Shown piece after piece: positions 1 to 13,523 of a stretch of 64,000 bases of DNA. Source of the DNA: the human T2T-CHM13v2.0 reference genome, Homo sapiens; NCBI RefSeq assembly GCF_009914755.1, contig NC_060933.1; one strand, 5' to 3'. A program made the position numbers and the translations under genes. Under the pieces are notes generated by a model. It was given only the letters and a program-made list of their open reading frames with translations. It was not told the origin of the DNA and did not search any database. Within the stretch, counting starts at the first letter, position 1; each line of letters begins with the position of its first letter.

Positions 1-19
1 CCTGCCTAGTCAGCAGTTT

Positions 20-790
20 ATTTCTAATGGCTAGAGTATTGCTACGTGCTTTAACAAACCCGATAGCAGTTTATGTTTCATTTATGTGCTTGTCTGATAT
101 GGATGCTGCTGATCTGTGCAGGGTTTTCACCATGCAGTGACTTAGGAATTCAGGCTGGTTCCATCTTGCAGTAAGTACCTCCATCCTCTGGGCCCTCAGA
201 GTCCTCTATGTCTAGGAGGTAGGAGGCTGTGATGAGCTGAATAGTATTCCCCCAAAATTCATGACAAAGCCCTAAGTCCAAGCACCTCAGAATGAGACTA
301 TATTTGGAGATAGGGCCTTTACAGGGTTGAATAGGATAATATGAGGCCTTTAGGGCAGGCCCCAGTGCAAAATGGCCAGTGTCCTTATCAGAAGAGGAGA
401 TGAGGACACTTGCACAGAGGGATGACCATGTGAGGACACAGGGAGAAGATACCATCTGCAAGTCAATGAGAGAGGCCATAGGAGAAACCAACCCTGCCAA
501 CACTTCGACCTTAGGCTCTGTCCCCCAGAACTGTGAGACAATAAATGTCTGTTGTTTAAGCTCCCCACCACTGCCAATCTGTGATACTTGTTATGGTGGC
601 CCTAGGAAACTGGTACAGAGGGGAGAGAAAGGATGGAAAGAGCACCTCACTGCAAAAGCAAGATGCATTACTTCTCCCATTCCATTATCCATTTGTAGCC
701 ATGCAGCCAAACGTGGATGTGAAGGGGCTGGGCAGCTGCCGCCCAGCAACCACCTCCTGCTGGGGCAGGGGAAGCCCAGTGCTGGTGGAC
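20..790 (-). mobile_element. Old MaLR LTR (MLT1J/K-like), split by the MLT1B insertion at 228-617
   Basis: Degenerate MLT1-type motifs on both sides of the younger LTR (cagtgacttaggaattcaggctggttccatcttg; cattacttctcccattccatt...gccatgcagcc...gaaggggctggg). Ends approximate. Confidence 0.55.
228..617 (+). mobile_element. MaLR solo LTR, MLT1B-like
   Basis: TG...CA termini, tatttggagatagggccttt and aataaatgtctgttgtttaagc motifs, 5-bp TSD GAGGC/GAGGG (223-227 / 618-622). Confidence 0.85.
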
Positions 791-1289
791 AGCTGGCCGT
801 CCCTACCACTGGACTTCATTCCAGGCTGAGGGGATCTCAGGTGTAACCTGCACCAGGTGAGTCAGGGGAAGACAGGAGCTGAGAATGTTCCCATCATTTC
901 CTGTCTGCTTCTCCATGCAAATCGAGCTGCTCTGACTCACTTGTTCCAGTTGTAGAGAGGTGAGAACCATCAGAAAAAGCTAGAATAGGTGACATTCTCC
1001 AAGGAACCCAGCCCCGTTTCTTCTACAAGTCAGTGGCATGAAAAAGGTGTGCCCTGTTTTAGACTGAAAGGCCATAGAGAAATAATAGCTAAACACAATG
1101 CATGGTCCCTAACTGGAGACTGGCTTTAACAAATGCAACGAGGGAAGCTGAGCTTGAATCACTACACTGGATCTCCTTCTTCTCCACCAGGCCCACTCTC
1201 CTCCTTCCTTCTGCTCTGCGCCCTGGAGCTGACCTCTATAAAATACATCATCAGGCTCCCAGCTGAACAAATTGTATTTTTCCAAATAT

Positions 1290-1585
1290 TCATTTCTCCT
1301 CACACTCAGAATTTACAACCCTACCTATTGCCATGAGAAAGGGTCTTACCTCTGGTCCTGCTGACAGCTGGCTGGGTTGTGTGTGTTGCTTTGGCCAGTG
1401 GGATATGAGTGTAATTGATGGGCACCACTTCCTAACAGAAGCTTTAAGACCCGAGGTGTGGGTCTTGGTGTGTCCCAGACAAGAGGACTGCCCAATCCAC
1501 AGTCAACATGGAAGCAGGGAAAGAATGAACAGATGCTGCTGGAAGCCACTGAGATGTTGGCACCATTGTTCAACCTTAGTTAGCA
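1290..1585 (+). mobile_element. Degenerate MaLR LTR (MLT1I/J-like)
   Basis: tgctttggccagtgggatatgag...ccacttcctaacagaagctttaaga...aagccactgagatgttgg motifs. Ends approximate. Confidence 0.55.
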
Positions 1586-1959
1586 GAAGCCTTGTTTCCA
1601 GTGGGTTGGCTGATGGGTGCACCTGGAGGAGGGCAGCCCCTGGGAGACGGAGAGGATGGGGGTTTATTTCTCTTGCACTCGCAGGTGCTCAGGTGGATTT
1701 TGTGCCTCCACCAAAAGCCACTGCTCCAGGCAGGCGGCTGGCAGGCTCCATCCAGCTGCTTCTCTGAATTCCAGCCAACTTTTTCTCTTGCCCTGCAAGC
1801 CCATAGCTGGTGACAACTATTTCCCTAATTGTCCATCCTTGTCAATTGTCCTTTACTCTTCTCTCCCTGATGGCCTGGCTCCAGCACACCACCTGCTTCC
1901 TGCCAGGCCTTAACCAAAAGAACCAGGTAGGAGTGCTCTTCAGGTTTTACTGCTAATTT

Positions 1960-2160
1960 TTTAAGCTGTGATAATCGGGGTTATGTTTAAAAGTGAAGGG
2001 TTTCAATGTCCATAATTAATTTAAGATGGCTCTGCAAAACAGAAAAAGAGAAAAAGCAAACTATTAACAATTATTAAACCTAGGTAGAGATGACTGTTCA
2101 TGGTACTATTCTTTTCACTTTTCTCTGTTTGAAAATTTGCATAATAAAAGGCAAAAAGAA
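1960..2160 (+). mobile_element. L1ME 3' end fragment
   Basis: gtactattcttttcacttttct...gtttgaaaatttgcataataaaa is typical of the L1ME3 3' terminus. Confidence 0.55.
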
Positions 2161-3987
2161 AAATTGTGGGTGGCAGGGGTCCCAGTCCTACCATCGAGCA
2201 AGCTGAAGTTCCTAGCTGTCATGCTCCTTCCTTCCCTCCTCTGAACTTTTGTCCAGACTATTCCCTGGGCCAGGGCAATGCCCATCCTGCATGCCTTCGC
2301 CTGGAAAATTCCTCCTCATCCTTCTAGTATGTACTCACCTTAAGCTGCTCCCATGCTCCCTGCCCCAACCCAGACAGGGGGAACCCCATGCCCCAGAGCA
2401 TTCAGCTCTATCCCAGAGCTTCTCTGCCCCACATGTGCCAAACAGTGCATGATGCAAGCCTGAGCAATGTTGCTTTAAGTCTTCTCCAGGTCCTGATATT
2501 TACAACATTGTTCCTGACAGCACCCTCCCAGCTCACCCTCTCCTGGTCCTGAGCCCATTGTCACCACCTCTCTTCCTTACTCTGCCCTGAGGGACATGCT
2601 TCATTGGGAAGCCATTCATTCATTCGTGCTCTCATGAGCTCATCTGCAGTCACCAGGACACACAAGTGAGACAGGGTGGTGCTGCTTCCCTGGGGTACTG
2701 TCAGCTGAAAAGACACAAATCAACCAGCCACACAGATGATCACCCGGCTTTGGCCACAGTGAGTTTCACCAAGGGATATCACTTTGTGCAGCAGTGAGGC
2801 CATCTCAGGCTAGGAGAAGGCCTTCTCGTAAGAACCCTTAGGATGCTGGCTGGATATATGGATTCCCAAATCTTCCACTCAGAACATCCAGTGGGGGACC
2901 CAGGGAGTCTGCATTTTCCACAAGTAGCTAGAGTGACATTTATAGTCAGCCAAGTCTGGAAAGCACTGGCCTCCAGGAATAAGGAGGAATATTTCATTCG
3001 TGCAGCACTAGGGCAAGGGCTCAAGTGGACCCCAGGCCCTCCCCACTGTGCACACAGATAACAGCACTCTGGAGGCCATCTGGTGATGGTATGGAGGGCA
3101 AGTGGGTGCAGCAGGTACAAGGGCTCCCCCAATGCCAGGCCCAATGCAAAGTGGTGTGACAGTCAGTGGAACTCAGCCCCATTAGGTGCAGTCCCTTGGC
3201 CGAGGCCCCCAGCTCATTGGCATCAGATCTAGAACAAGGGGTGACCACTGACCAAGTGCTTCCTCGGGATCCCCAGTGACCTGCAGGCTGCTCCTCCTGT
3301 TAAGCCCCCTTACAACCCATGTGGCTGTCACCTCAAACTCCCTCCTGGCCCCCATACTCACTCTGCTGTCCCAGTCCACCCTTCCCTGAACTCCTGCAGC
3401 CTCCACAACAGCCCACTTACTCTCGTCTCCACTCTGCTCCACATCCCATTTCCCTAAATCCTGGTCTGCATCCTGTTGCTCCAAGTTTAAAAGCCTCTTC
3501 TAGCTTCCAAGAGCATTCTCTCCTACTGGCCACAGGCCCAGCTGCCTCCCCTGCGGCACCCCTCCTCTTGTCCCCAAGCTCCGGCCATGCAGGCCCCTTC
3601 TTGCCCTCTAGTCAGCAGCTCTTTCCCTCCCTGAGAATGTGCATCTGCTCTCCCCTCCTGCCTGCATTTCTCCCTTGGCAGGGCCTCCCTATCTCAGCTG
3701 GAGTGTGAGTTCCTCAGGGCAGGCTTTCTAGACCCCAGTCCAAAGGGCAGGTTTTCTGTCCCATGTATATTCCTTCACAGCATGCACCACAGTCTGCATG
3801 TGCACGTTTCCTTGAGCGTTACTCATTTAATGTGCATCCTCCCATTTGACCAAAACCTCATGGAGGCAGGGACTGCACTTGGCTGGCTGTGGGGTCTGGC
3901 ACAGGAGGTGCCCCAAGGGACTGTGAACGTAGATGAGTGATGTGAGATTTAGGGAGGGGAGACCTATTATCAAGGCTCTGTGGTGCT

Positions 3988-4436
3988 TGATATGGACTGA
4001 ATCGTATCTGCTCTGAAGATAGGCTGATGTCTTAATTCCTAGTAGCTGTGAATATGACCTTATTTGGAAATAGGGTCTTACAGATGTAATCAAGTTAAGA
4101 TGAGGACATTCGGGTGGGCTCTAATCCAATATGAATGGTATCCTTATCAGAAAGAAAAGTGCCACATGAGGAGAGACACACGGGGGGAACGCCATGTGAC
4201 AATGGAGTTATGAAGCTGCAAGCCAGGTCATGCCCAGGAGTGCCAGCAGCCACCAGGAGCTAAGGAGAAAGAGTGGGATCCATCCTGCCCTGGACCCTGC
4301 AGAAGGGGCACAGCCCTGCTGGTGCTTTCATTTCAGACTTCTGGCCTCCAGAGTTGTAAAAGAATAAACTCACTCTGTGGTTCTAAGCTGCCCAGTTTGT
4401 GGTAGATCATTACAGCAGCCACCGGAAACTAATACG
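3988..4436 (+). mobile_element. MaLR solo LTR, MLT1C-like
   Basis: gaccttatttggaaatagggtctt...gatgtaatcaagttaagatgagg; cagacttctggcctccagagttgt...aataaa; ends aactaatac(g). Confidence 0.8.
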
Positions 4437-5163
4437 TGATTATATCATTAATAAGTGGTAGTGTCAAACTCAGACTAGTTTGGCTATAAAATTTCTGCAA
4501 TGCTACTTTGTTGTTTTGGTGATTTCAAGCAAATTATTTCACCTCACTTCTCTATGCCTCAATTTCCTTTTCTGTAAAATGGCATTACTGATGAAACTTA
4601 TTTCGTGGAGTTGCTGTGAGGTTTAAATACAGTAGGTGTGGTATCAGAGGTGAACATGCCCTTTTCCGATAAGGTATTTGCATGTATCATGGTGGGAAAT
4701 TTCTTCTGCCTGAAATCTTCTTAGTTCAGGGATTCTGAACTAAGGATTCAGATTTTCATCTGCTTTATTGAAGGGTGTGTATACTATAGTTATTTAGGCA
4801 CAGGTCTGTTCCTTGTTTGAGGTCTTGATGTTCAAAAATTTAAAGTTAGCCTTGAATACAGGGAAGATTTTGGTTGCATGTATTTCATTATGGGGTATAC
4901 CTTTGCCCTCTCCAGCACAAAAAAAAATTACTAAAAGAAAATTGATAAATTCCTGGCAACATACAACCTCCCAAGATTAAATCAGGAAGAAATTGAAACC
5001 CTGAACAGACCAATAATGAGTTCCAAGATGGAATCAGTAATAAAAGACCTACCAACAAAAAGAGCCCTGCACCAGGTGAATTCACAGACAAATTCTACCA
5101 CATGTACAAAGAACAGCTGGTACCAATCCAACTGAAACTTTTCCAAAAAATCAAGAAGGAGGG

Positions 5164-5575
5164 TAATATGGTTTGGATCTGTATCCCTACCCAAATTTCA
5201 TGTTTAAATGTAATCCCCAACACTGGTGGTAGAGCCTGGTGGGAGGTGATTAGATCATGGCAGTTTCTCATGGTTTAACATCATCCCCCCTTGGTGCTGT
5301 GGTCACAAGAGTGAGTGAGTTCTCATGATATCTGGTTGTTTAAAAGTGTGTGGCACCTCCCCTTTCTTCTCTTCCTACTGCTCTGGCCATGTGGAGTGCT
5401 TCATTCCTTCTTTGCCTTCTGCCATGATTGGAAGCTTTTTGAGGCCTCCCCAGAAGCAGAAGCCACTATACTTCCTGTACAAACTGCAGAACCATGATCC
5501 AATTAAACCTCTTTTCTTTATAAATTACCCAGTCTCAGGTATTTCTTTACAGCAATGCGAGAACAGACTAATACA
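5164..5575 (+). mobile_element. MaLR solo LTR, MSTA-like, nested in L1
   Basis: (tg>ta)atatggtttggatctgt...gactaataca; perfect 5-bp TSD GAGGG (5159-5163 / 5576-5580); L1 resumes in register. Confidence 0.9.
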
Positions 5576-6369
5576 GAGGGATTCCTCCCTAACTCATTCT
5601 ATGAAACTGGCATCATCTTGATACCAAAAGTTGGCAAAGACACAATAAACAAAAACTACAGTCCAATATCTCTGATGAACATAGGCACAAAAATCCTCAA
5701 CAAAATACTAGAAAACTGAATCCAGTAGCATATCAAAAAGTTAATTCATCATGACCAAGTAGACTTTATTCCCGGGATGCAAGGTTAGTTCAACATACAC
5801 AAATCAATAAATGTGATTCACCACATAAACAGAATTAAAAACAAAAACCATATCATCATCTCAACAGATGAAGAAAAAGCTTTCAATAAATCCCAGTATC
5901 CCTTCATGATAAAACCCTCAATAAACTAGGCATTGAAGGAACGTACCTCAAGATAGTAAGAGCCATCTGTGACAAACCTACAACCAACATCATATTAAAT
6001 GGGCAAAAGCTGGAAGCATTCCTCTTAAGAACTGGAAAAAGACAAGAATGCCCACTCTCACCACCCCTATTCAATATAGTACTGGAAGTCCTAGCCAGAG
6101 AAATCAACAAAAGAAAGAAATAAGAGGCATCCAAATAGGAAAAGAAGTCAAATGACGTCTCTTTGCTGGTGAAATAACACTATGCCTAGAAAACCCTAAA
6201 GACTCCATCAAAATGCTCCAAGACCTAATAAATAACTTTAGTAAAGTTTCAGGATACAAAATCAATATTCAAAGATCAGTAGCATTTCAGTACACCAATA
6301 TGTTCAAGCTGAGAGTCAAATCAAGAATGCAATTCCATTTACACTAGCCACAAAAAATAAAATATCTAG

Positions 6370-6724
6370 TGATATGGTTTGGCTGTGTCCCCATCCAAAT
6401 CTCAACTTGAACTGTATCTCCCAGAATTCACATGTGTTGTGGGAGGAACCCAGGGGGAGGTAATTGAATCATGGGGGCTGGTCTTTCCCGTGTTATTCTC
6501 GTGACAGTGAAAAAGTCTCATGAGATCTAACGGGTTTATCAGGGGTTTCTGCTTTTGCTTCTGGCTCATTTTTCTCTTGCCACTGCCATGTAAGAAGTGC
6601 CTTTCACTTCCCACCATGATTCTTAGGCTTCCCCAGCCATGTGGAACTCTAAATCCAATTAAACCTCTTTTTGTTCCCAGTTTCAGGTATGTCTTTATCA
6701 GTAGCATGAAAATGAACTAATATA
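6370..6724 (+). mobile_element. MaLR solo LTR, THE1A/B-like, nested in L1
   Basis: tgatatggtttggctgtgtcccc...aactaata(t)a, 355 bp; perfect TSD TCTAG (6365-6369 / 6725-6729). Confidence 0.9.
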
Positions 6725-8499
6725 TCTAGGAATATATCTTACCAAGGAGGTGAAAGACCTATACAAGTAGAACTACAAAACACTGCTAAAAGAAATCACA
6801 GGTGACACAAACAAATGAAAGAACATTCCATGCTCATGGATTGGGAGAATCAATATTACTAAAATGTCCATAAAGCCAAAGCAATCTACAGATTCAATGT
6901 TATTCCTATCAAACTACCAATGTCATTTTTTCCATTTTTTCACAGAATTAGAAAAAAACTACTCTAAAATTCATATGGTACTAAAACAGAGCCTGAATAG
7001 CCAAAGCAATCCTAAGCCAAAAGAATGAAGTGAGAGGCATCATATTACCCAACTTCGAAGTATCCTACAAGGCTACAGTAACCAAAACAGCATGGTACTG
7101 GTACAAAAAACCAGACACATAAACCAGCAGAACAGAATAGGAACCCAGAAATAAAACTGAACCCTTATAACCAACTGATCTTTGACAAAGTTGACAAAAA
7201 TAAGCAATGAAGAAAGGACTCCCTATTTAATAAATGGTGCTGGAATAACTGGCTTACTACATGCAGAAGAATAAAAATAGAACACCTACATGCCACCATA
7301 TACAAAAATTAACTCAAGATGGATAAAATGCCTAAATGTAATACATAAAAAGATTAAAATCCTATAAGAAAACCTAGGAAATACCCTTCTAGACATTGGC
7401 CTTGGGACATAATTTATGACTAAGTTCTCAAAAGCATTTGCAACAAAAACAAAAATAGACAGATGAGACCTAATTAAACTAAAGAGCTTCTGCATGGCAA
7501 AAGAAATTATCAATTTAGTAAACTGACAACCTACAGCATGAGAGAAAATATTCACAAACTATGCGTCAGACAACAGTCTCATATCAAGAATCTATAAGGA
7601 ATATACACAAACAAGCAAAAAACAATAGCCCCATTAAAAAGTGAGCAAAGGAAACAGACATTTCTCAAAAGAAGACATACAAGCAGCCAACAAACATAAG
7701 AAAAAAAATGCTCAACCTCACTAATCATCAGAGAAATGCAAATCAAAACCACAGTGAGATATTATCTCAAACCAGTCAGAATGGCTACTATTAAAAAGTC
7801 AAAAGATATTATGTTGATGAGGCTATGGAGAAAAGGGAATGCATATACACTGTTGAGGAAAATGTAAATTAGTTCAGCTACTGTGGAAAGCAGTTTGAAG
7901 ATTCCTTAAAAAAACTAAAAATAAAACTCTTATCTGACTTAGCAATCCCATTACTGGGTATATACCCAAAGTAAAATAAACCATTCTACCAAAAAGACAC
8001 ATGTACTCATATGTTCATTGTAGCATTATTTGCAATAAAAACAAGGGCATGGAATTAACCTAGGGCCCATCAATGGCAGATTGGATAAAGAAAATGTGAT
8101 ACATATACAGGATAGAATACTACACAGCCATAAGAAGGAATGAAATCATGCCGCAACACGGGTGCAGCTGAAGGCCACTATCCTAAGCAAATTAATGCAG
8201 AAACAGAAAACCAAATACTGCATGTTCTCACTTATAAGTGGGAGCTAAATATTGGGTACACATGGACATAAAGATGGGAACAATAGACACAGGATTATAA
8301 GAAAGGGGGAGGTGGGGAGGGAGCAAGGGTTGAAAAACTACCTATTGGGTTCTATGTTCACTAATTGGGTGATGGATTCAATCATACCCCAAAACTCAGC
8401 CTCACATAATATACCCTGTAACAAATTTGCACATGTGCCCCCTGAATCTGAAATAAAAGTTGAAATTTTGAAAATACGTATTACTAAAAAGAAATTAAG

Positions 8500-9420
8500 A
8501 CTGAGCTTTATTTCCTGCAATGGTGGACTAGCTTGTTTCAAATTAACACCAAGAACAACTAGGAAAGCTGGACAAAATATAAATAAATATATTTTTGACA
8601 GCATTGCAGAGAGACAGCAAGCCCAGAGAGGGGAGCTTGATAACTGGTATATTTTCTCCTCAAGACATTTGCCAGTAACAAATGCTGTTGTAGCTGAGAG
8701 GCCTAGAAGCTGAGCAAGATTGTAGGTGGTGGCATTGGCCTAGGGGACAATAATTGTCATGCAAAGTCAGCCAAACAGAAAAGGCCCTGTCAAACATCCA
8801 GGCTCTCAGGTAGGCAAACAGGAAGAATATCAGCTCTTACAAGGACCAAAGCCAGCTTTAAATCAGCTCAGCCTTTTGTTTGATTAAGGTGATCTGCCTC
8901 TCATTAACTTCCTGCCAGAAGCAAAGACAAATCCTCTCTGTATGAGACAGAATCCAACGTCTTTTGAGACGTTCCCTCTGTGATTTTTAAACCACAGTCT
9001 GACACTCAATCAAAGTTAGGCTGGCATTCAAAAAGGCAAGAACTGACCAAAATTTGAGAGAAAAAAGTAAGACCAAAGACAGACGCATAGAAGGGCCAGA
9101 TATTGGAATTACCAGACATGTACTTTAAAATAATTATGTTTCATATATCATATCATCAATACATCAAATAAGAAACTGCTTAATTTTTTTAGAGAACTGG
9201 TAACTATTAAAAATAATCAAATGAAAATTCTAGAATTGAAAACTATAATAACTCAAATTAAGAACTCAATGGATGTCTCCACTTCTCTCCATAACAGAGT
9301 AAATGCTATGGGAATTGCTGTCAGCTATCAAAAAAAAAAAAAAAAAACCAGAAAACCAGATAAAATATCCAAAACAAAAGTTTTCAGAAACTGCCAACGC
9401 AGGTGCCAGCATACACTACC
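8500..9420 (+). mobile_element. Old L1M 5' region / ORF1 fragments
   Basis: ccagatattggaattaccagac...aaatgaaaattctagaattgaaaactataataactcaaattaagaactcaatggat; ORF 9221-9424 MKILELKTIITQIKNSMD resembles the L1 ORF1 coiled coil. Confidence 0.65.
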
Positions 9421-9927
9421 CTGAGGCACAAACAGGTATCAGTGTAAAGACACACGAAATGTGAAAAAGCAAGGAAATACGACAGCCCCAAAAAAACACA
9501 ATAAGTATCCAGCAATAGATCTTAAACAAAAAGAAATTCTTGAAATCCCAGATAAGGAATTCAAAATACTGATTTTAAAGAAGCTCAATTAGATGCAAAA
9601 GCAAATTGAAAAACCAATACAAAGAATCCAGGACAATTTATGATATGAATAAGATATCTATTTACCAAGGAGATGGATTTTTTTAAAGACACTAGATATT
9701 CTGCAACTGGAGAATTCATTGCAGGAAATACAAAATACATTTGAAAGCTTCAACAATAGATTAGGTTAAATAGAAGAAAGAATTTCAGAACTTAAAGAAA
9801 CGTCTCTTGAAATAATCCAGTCAGACAAAAATAAAGAGAAAAGAATAAAAGGGAACAAAGTCTTCAAAATATTTTGGACAATATAAAGCAATAGAATTTA
9901 TGAATTATTGGTATCTCCTATGGCAAA

Positions 9928-10515
9928 TGTTAGATATAGTAACTCCAAGTTTCTCTTCAAAGAATCAGTATATCAGTATGTTCAGCTCTCTTATTCTTTG
10001 ATTCTCCATTTTAAAGTTTAACTTCTTGGTTCTCTTTGCCTCCAGTTTCAGTAAACAACTTTCCCACCAGTTCTAATCAGTAGTTCACATCTGTTCCCCT
10101 GGTCACCTGCTTTGACCTGAGTCACCCCAGTCACCTGCTCCATCCTGAGTCACCCCTGGTCACCTCCTCTGACCTTAATCATCCTGAGTCCCCTGTTCTG
10201 TAACCACCCTTCCTGCCAAATTATCCACCCCGCTACTCCAGCTCGTAGCCCTGCTCTCTTTAAAACAGCCAATCAGAATTAGCTTAGACTGTGCGGTCCA
10301 ACCCTAGCCAATAGCGGAATGACACAGCAGTAGGGGCTACCTGCATCAGGAATAAGAACCTCTTCTCCTCCCTTGTCCAGGCGTGCTCTTGCCATTACTC
10401 CATCCATGAGCTGCACCCTTCAATAGAAGTAAAAATTGCCTTGTTGAAAAACTTAAATTTATGTTCGAGTGCTAAGTCTTTGCAGCACCAAGGAACAAGC
10501 ATTTTGTTTCTAACA
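9928..10515 (+). mobile_element. ERV1 solo LTR, LTR10 family (LTR10A-like)
   Basis: Starts tgttagatatag...tttctcttcaaagaatcagtat, ends ttctaaca; internal ~28-bp tandem repeat carrying TGAGTCA; 4-bp TSD CAAA/CGAA (9924-9927 / 10516-10519). Confidence 0.8.
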
Positions 10516-11506
10516 CGAAGAGAGATCAAAAGGTTTAGAAAACATATTTAACAAAATAGTAGATGAAAACTTCCCAAATATGGCAAGAGATTTAGATATT
10601 CAGATATACGAGGCTCAGTAACCCCCAAATAAATATAACACAAAAATGTCTTCACCAAGGCACATTATAATCAGACAGTCTAAAACAAAGTGAAAGAGTG
10701 AATTCTAAAAACAGCAAGAGAAAAGCATCTAGTCATTACAAAGGAAACCCCATCAAACTAACGGCAGACTTCTCAGCAGAAACCTTACAGGTCAGAAGAG
10801 AATGACATAATATATTCTAAGTCCTAAAGAAAAAAAAAAAAACCCATCGTCAAGAATACTACATCCAGCAAGATTAACCTTCATAAATGAAGAAGAAATA
10901 AAGTCTTTCCCAGACATGCAAATGCTGAGGGAATTCATCACCAATAGACTGGACCTACAAGAAATGCTCAAGGGAGCCCTAAACATGGAAGTGAAAAGAT
11001 ATTATTTACCATGATGAAAACACATGAAAGTATAAAACTGACTGGTAAAGCAATCACACAAAGGAGGAAGAGAAAATAATCAAATGGCACCACTACAGCA
11101 TTCCCCCAAACCACAATGACAAACAGTAAGAGAAAAAGAAAAAAACAAAAATTTAGAAAACAATTAACAACATGACAGAAACAAAACCTCACATACCAAA
11201 AATAACCTTGAATGTAAATGAATTAAAGGCTCCACTTAAAAGACAGACTGGATGAATGGATTTTTAAAAGTGGCTCAACTATATGGTGCTTACAAGAAAC
11301 CCAAAATTCACCTTATCTGTAAAGACACATATAGGTTGAAAGTAAAGGAGAAAAGATATTCCACGCAAACAGAAACCAAAAATGAGCAGCAGTAGCTATA
11401 TTTACAACAGATAAAACAGCTATATTTACAACAGATAAAACAACAGATAAGTCAAAGGCAGCAAAAAAAAAAAAAAAAAATTCTATAATGATAAAGAAAT
11501 CAACTC

Positions 11507-11794
11507 AGCTAGGCACAGTGGCTCACGCCTGTAATCCCAGCATTTTGTGAGGCCGAGGTGTGTGTATCACCTGAGGTCAGGAGTTCGAGACCAGCCTGGC
11601 CAACATGGTGAAACCCCGTCTCTACTAAAATGCAAACATTAGCCAGGTGTGGTGATGCACACCTGTAATCCTCAGGAGGTTGAGGCACAAGAATCACTTG
11701 AACCTGAGAAGCAGAGGCTGCAGTGAGCTGAGATCATGCCACTACACTCCAGCCTGGGTGATAAGAGCAAGACTCCGTCTTAAAAAAAAAAAAA
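11507..11794 (+). mobile_element. AluS
   Basis: Dimeric Alu with A tail; TSD aaatcaa(c/t)tcagc. Confidence 0.95.
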
Positions 11795-12697
11795 TCAATT
11801 CAGCAAGAGGAAATTACAATTCTAAATATATACGTACCCAACACTGGAACACTAGATTCATAAAACAAATATTACTAGACTTAAAGAGAGAAAGATAGAC
11901 CATAATACAGAAATAGTAGTGGACTTCAACACCCCAGCAGACAGATTACCTATGCAGGGAATCAACAAAAAGCCTTTGGACTAAACCTGAACTTTAGACT
12001 AAATGAACCTAACATATTTACAGAATATTCTAAGCCAACAACTGCAGAGTATACATTCTTTTCATCAGCACATGGAACATTCTCCAAGATAGACCATAGG
12101 TTAGGCCACAAAAAAGTCTCAATAAATTTTTAAAAATCAAAATCATATCAATTATCTTCTCAGACCACAGTAGAATAAAACTAGAAATCAATACCAAGAG
12201 GAACTTTGGAAACTACAAACACATACAAATTATACATAAAAAACATGTTTCTGAATGACCATGAGGTTAATGAAGAAATTAAGATGAAAATCAAAACGTT
12301 TCTTGAAATAAATGAAAATGGAAACACAATATACCAAAACCTTTGAGATACAGCAAAACAGTGCTAGGAGGGAAATTTATAGCATTAAATGCCTACATCA
12401 AAAAAGTAGAAAGATTATAAATTAACAATCTAATGATGCACCTCAAAGAACTAAAAAAGGAAGAACAAACCAAACCCTAAATTAGCAGAAGGAGAGAAAG
12501 AACAAAGCATAACTAAATGAGATAGAGACTAAAGAAAATACAAAGGATCAATGAAGCAAAAAGTCAGTTCTTTGAAAAGATAAACGTAATTGATAAACCA
12601 CTAGCTAAACTAACCAAGAGAGAAGACCCAAACAAAATCAGAAATGACAAAAAGATATATTATAACTGGTAACACAGAAATATAAAAGATCATCAGA

Positions 12698-13523
12698 TGA
12701 CAACACTAACACCTTTATCATGCAAGCCTTGGAACCCCAGCCTGGCCTGCATGAGTATGCTCAGACAGTTGCAAAGCAGTTCCACTCCTCTCAGCTTTGT
12801 ATCGACACCTACCCTTACTACACCCCTGGTCAGCAGGAAGAAGTTACAGCAGATTTTGTCCTTTTTCCATCTTCTTTAGCCAACACCTTAAGATTAAGGT
12901 GTTATAAAACCCAAATGGAGGGATTGAAACCTCCATTGCAAAATTGTAACCAAGGCAGTCAAAGAGATCTGATCTAACCAACTCCATCTTGCTTCTAACC
13001 TCCAAGCCATCCTTGTTTATTCCTGGGCATAGGCTGAACTAACTTTAGGAGGAATTGAGTTTATAGTTTAAAACAAAGACGATAACAGGCCTTTCCCAAG
13101 GCAAATCCCCCTTTTGCCTAGGGATTAGACTGCCTTTGTAGGACTAACAAATTAGCCACAAGATTAGAAATTATGGTTTAGGAGTCATGCAGCTGGAGGT
13201 TACAAGATTCTGACCCTCCCTAGACTGCTCCTAAGATCAGTGTTTAAAATATTTCGCAGACTCTGCAGATGATGGATCAACTGGCACCACCCAGATCAAT
13301 AAACTGGCTCATCTGATCTTGTGGCCCCCACCCAGGAACTGACTCTGCACAAGAAGAGTCAACTCCCTATGATTTCATCTCTGACCTGACCAATCAGCAT
13401 TTCTGGCTCACTGGCTTTCCCCACCCACTAAGTTGTCCTTAAAAACTGATCCCTGAATGCTCAGGGAGACTAATTTGAGATTTGAGTAATAATAAGACTC
13501 TGGTCTCCTGAAAAAAAAAAAAA
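12698..13523 (+). mobile_element. L1-retroposed ERV1 transcript: 227 bp internal 3' end + PPT + LTR8 U3-R + poly(A)
   Basis: LTR8-like start tgaaacctccattgcaaaatt at 12925 after purine tract aaatggagggat; stops at ggtctcctg (13510), 14 nt after AATAAG (13491-13496); A13 tail; ~14-bp TSD aaaa(g/a)atcatcaga (12684-12697 / 13518-13531). Confidence 0.85.

Larger units (their letters stand above)
4920..8490 (+). mobile_element. 5'-truncated L1 (L1PA15/16-like), ORF2 3' half plus 3' UTR, interrupted by MST and THE1 LTRs
   Basis: Continuous degenerate ORF2 homology (gataaattcctggcaacatacaacctcccaagatt...), 3' UTR ending cccctgaatctgaaataaaagttgaaa. Confidence 0.9.
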
